From Candidatus Peribacteria bacterium (lineage in GTDB: Bacteria > Patescibacteriota > Gracilibacteria > UBA1369 > 2-02-FULL-48-14): 64,000 nucleotides of DNA. Within the stretch, counting starts at the first letter, position 1; every line of letters begins with the position of its first letter. Positions 61,980 to 64,000 of this stretch are shown piece after piece. The notes below the pieces were generated by a model. The model was not told the origin of the DNA, made no database searches, and worked only from the letters and a program-made list of their open reading frames with translations. The stretch is from contig CALQZQ010000004.1 of the NCBI GenBank assembly GCA_943349825.1, positions 51,866-115,865 of the forward strand, read 5' to 3'. The translations under genes and the position numbers were made by a program.

Positions 61980-63353
61980 ATGATCAAAAGATTCTTATTT
62001 AGATCTACGGCGCTTCTTGTGGGAGTGAGTTTGTCTTTTGGACTGGTGGTCCAGGCCAGTTTTTCTGATGTGGAGGGGACTGAGTATCAAGAGAGCATTG
62101 AGCTTTTGCAGGAACAAGGAGTGCTGCAAGGTTACGAAGATGGCACGTTTCGGCCCACGGCCAGCATCAACCGGGCAGAGCTGATCAAAATTGTGTTTGC
62201 CGTTTTGGATGAGGACGCGGATGAGGGGGCTGGAGGGTGTTTCCCGGACGTGCAGAATGAGTGGTTTGCTCCGTATATTTGTAAGGCGAAAGACTTGGGA
62301 ATCGTGCAGGGCTACCCGGATGGATTTTATCATCCCGAGAGAGAAGTGAATATGGTGGAGTCCTTTAAGATTGTGGTGGAGGCTTTTGGCTTGCCGCATG
62401 AGGAAGCCGAGGAAGGCGAAGAATGGTATGAGCCTTATGTGGATTTTGTGCATGAAAACAATATTTTTTCCAAATACGCCTACTTTCCCAACGTGCCGGC
62501 TCAAAGGGGCGAGATGGCTTTTTTAGTGCAGCAAAATCTGCGCATTTTTAGCGGCGTTCAGGAAGTGTCTACCGAGCGCTACGTGGGGTCTGCGGGCTGT
62601 GGAAGCACTCCGCCCGATGAGGTGCCTGTGGTGTTTACGGTAGACGGTGTGGAACGGAATGCGATAGTGGTGCTTCCGGATGATTACGATAAAGATGAGC
62701 CGCTTCCCTTGCTGTTTGCTTTCCATGGACGCACCAGTCCGAACACGCAGGTGAGGAGTTACTATCGTTTGGAAAAAGCCGGTGAGGATGAGGCCATTTT
62801 CGTTTACCCCGAAGGGCTGAAATCCGGGTCTAGTTTTACGTGGTCCGATTCCGGCGATTCCGCGGACGATTTACGCGACTACGAATTTTTCGATGTGATG
62901 TTTGAGGAATTGACGAGCACTTACTGTGTGGATGTGGATGAGGTCTATGCGGCGGGGCATTCGTTGGGGGCATGGTTCACCAATAGTTTGGCCTGTGCGC
63001 GCGGCGATGTGCTGCGTGGAGTCACTACTTTGGGCGGTGCGCGCGCTACCGGTACTTGCACCGGTCCGGTCGCTGTGATGCAGTGGCACAATCCGCACGA
63101 CGAACACGCCGCTTTTTCCACGGGTGAGGCCGCTCGTGACGATTTCTTAGAACAAAACCAATGTTCCACCGAGAATGTTTCTGTGGAGCCGGCGTGGGGT
63201 TCTTGCGTGGAATATCAAAACTGCTTGGATAATGCGCCTACGCTTTGGTGCCCGCACACCGTCGATTACGATTCTTACACTGGAGAATATTATCCGCACA
63301 CCTGGCCCAAAGAAACCGGTGCCGAGATGTGGGCCTTTTTGGAGGGTCTTTAG
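61980..63353 (+). CDS. SLH-anchored esterase (PHB-depolymerase/feruloyl-esterase-like, alpha/beta hydrolase)
   Basis: The N-terminus has two SLH-like units (LQGYEDGTFRPTASINRAELIKIV, VQGYPDGFYHPEREVNMVESFKIV). The catalytic part has LLFAFHGRTS and AAGHSLGAWF (GxSxG) motifs. Confidence 0.75.
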   Translation: MIKRFLFRSTALLVGVSLSFGLVVQASFSDVEGTEYQESIELLQEQGVLQGYEDGTFRPTASINRAELIKIVFAVLDEDADEGAGGCFPDVQNEWFAPYICKAKDLGIVQGYPDGFYHPEREVNMVESFKIVVEAFGLPHEEAEEGEEWYEPYVDFVHENNIFSKYAYFPNVPAQRGEMAFLVQQNLRIFSGVQEVSTERYVGSAGCGSTPPDEVPVVFTVDGVERNAIVVLPDDYDKDEPLPLLFAFHGRTSPNTQVRSYYRLEKAGEDEAIFVYPEGLKSGSSFTWSDSGDSADDLRDYEFFDVMFEELTSTYCVDVDEVYAAGHSLGAWFTNSLACARGDVLRGVTTLGGARATGTCTGPVAVMQWHNPHDEHAAFSTGEAARDDFLEQNQCSTENVSVEPAWGSCVEYQNCLDNAPTLWCPHTVDYDSYTGEYYPHTWPKETGAEMWAFLEGL

Positions 63354-63356
63354 GTC

Positions 63357-63908
63357 CTAAAGACCTACGATTTGAGGAACTTGCCCCTTCGTGAGGATTT
63401 CTATCCTCTGTCTCAGGGGATTTACAATCAGGTCCGTTTGAGGTGCTTCGTATTCACTCGCCATAGGGATTTCTATTACTCTATTGATCTGAACACCCGC
63501 TGCGCGACAGCTTTCTTCAAATGCTCTTTTCCTCGTTTGATCGAAAGTACACATCACGATTATTCCTTCCATATTCCCCTGCAGGCCACTGGCTCGCAGG
63601 GCTTGAATGTATTGGTCTGGCGATTCACCGTTTATCACGTGAGCTAAACCTGTTCCTGAAGTGAAGCCTCCTTTCACCACTAAGGCTTGGCAAAAATAAT
63701 ATTCAGTTGAAACCAAAGGGGCGACCCGGTTCACACCGGTGCTTCCTATAGAAACGTGGGTGTACAAGGGGAGGGCCTCTAAACGGGCTTTTGTTTCCGG
63801 AAGTGCCCCAGATGGATGCAGGACTGTTTTATCAGTAAAAATATTCCGTCGTTTCGGATAAGAAATGGGTGGAATGTAGAGTTGTGGAGTTCGCGTGAGC
63901 ATACACAT
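63357..63908 (-). CDS. hypothetical protein
   Basis: A 183-aa ORF with no recognised motif. Confidence 0.5.
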   Translation of the reverse strand: MCMLTRTPQLYIPPISYPKRRNIFTDKTVLHPSGALPETKARLEALPLYTHVSIGSTGVNRVAPLVSTEYYFCQALVVKGGFTSGTGLAHVINGESPDQYIQALRASGLQGNMEGIIVMCTFDQTRKRAFEESCRAAGVQINRVIEIPMASEYEAPQTDLIVNPLRQRIEILTKGQVPQIVGL

Positions 63909-63960
63909 TTTATACCATAAAAAAGCTTGCCCGTCAAATATCTGGTGAGTGAGAGGGGAC

Positions 63961-63989
63961 TTGCAAGTTGGCTAATTTTATTGTATAAT
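63961..63989 (+). promoter_or_regulatory. sigma70-like promoter TTGCAA-N17-TATAAT pointing out of the window
   Basis: The -35 lies at 63961-63966 and the -10 at 63984-63989. Confidence 0.55.
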
Positions 63990-64000
63990 ATTAAGATTTA

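Noticed and set aside
1-64000. Alternative genetic code (UGA as a sense codon, as in some candidate phyla).
   Set aside because: TGA terminates well-supported genes (dus at 1099-1101, the helicase at 53518-53520), and known-length proteins are full length under code 11.
1-64000. CRISPR arrays, rRNA genes, IS elements and reverse transcriptase/DGR.
   Set aside because: I saw no regularly spaced 25-40-bp direct repeats, no rRNA-like conserved stretches, and no transposase, integrase or RT motifs in any translated frame.

Overview
This is a 64-kb bacterial chromosomal window that uses the standard genetic code: TGA acts as a stop in the ATGA stop/start overlaps at 48521-48524 and 53517-53520. 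It holds about 60 protein genes on both strands and two tRNA-Pro genes. I could not recognise any rRNA, CRISPR array, transposase, integrase or phage gene. The housekeeping genes I recognise are dus, an ftsQ-like gene, class II ribonucleotide reductase nrdJ (with two NrdR-box-like palindromes upstream), trmB, rlmN, rlmI, trhO, queA, ldh, a DEAD-box helicase, a cold-shock protein, and a ccdA/thioredoxin-like pair. The accessory or poorly understood content is as follows. (1) A vapBC toxin-antitoxin pair. (2) A block at 14.4-22.8 kb with two M20 peptidases, an ATP-grasp ligase, a SAM methyltransferase, a kinase-fold-like protein and two orphan proteins. (3) A pair of paralogous Cys-Pro-Phe / HPRY-motif proteins (possibly YqcI/YcgG-like) followed by an NPPY methyltransferase. 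(4) A 1765-aa secreted beta-helix / Ca-binding-repeat protein next to a flippase, a papain-fold peptidase and a GGDEF protein. (5) Four SLH-domain surface proteins, including a GH6 cellulase and an esterase. The most unusual signals are non-coding. A tRNA-like, terminator-containing module occurs twice (23961-24226 and 42457-42686) with compensatory base changes and an internal direct repeat. A 266-nt multi-hairpin element lies between two co-oriented genes (11821-12086). A 23-bp perfect inverted repeat spans a divergent promoter region (13651-13814). A GC palindrome element is present in two inverted copies 42 kb apart. All functional calls come from motif recognition by eye in the supplied translations; no database search was run. 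The taxon cannot be established from this window. The many orphan genes, SLH proteins and weak Shine-Dalgarno signals suggest an uncultivated lineage, but that is inference only.
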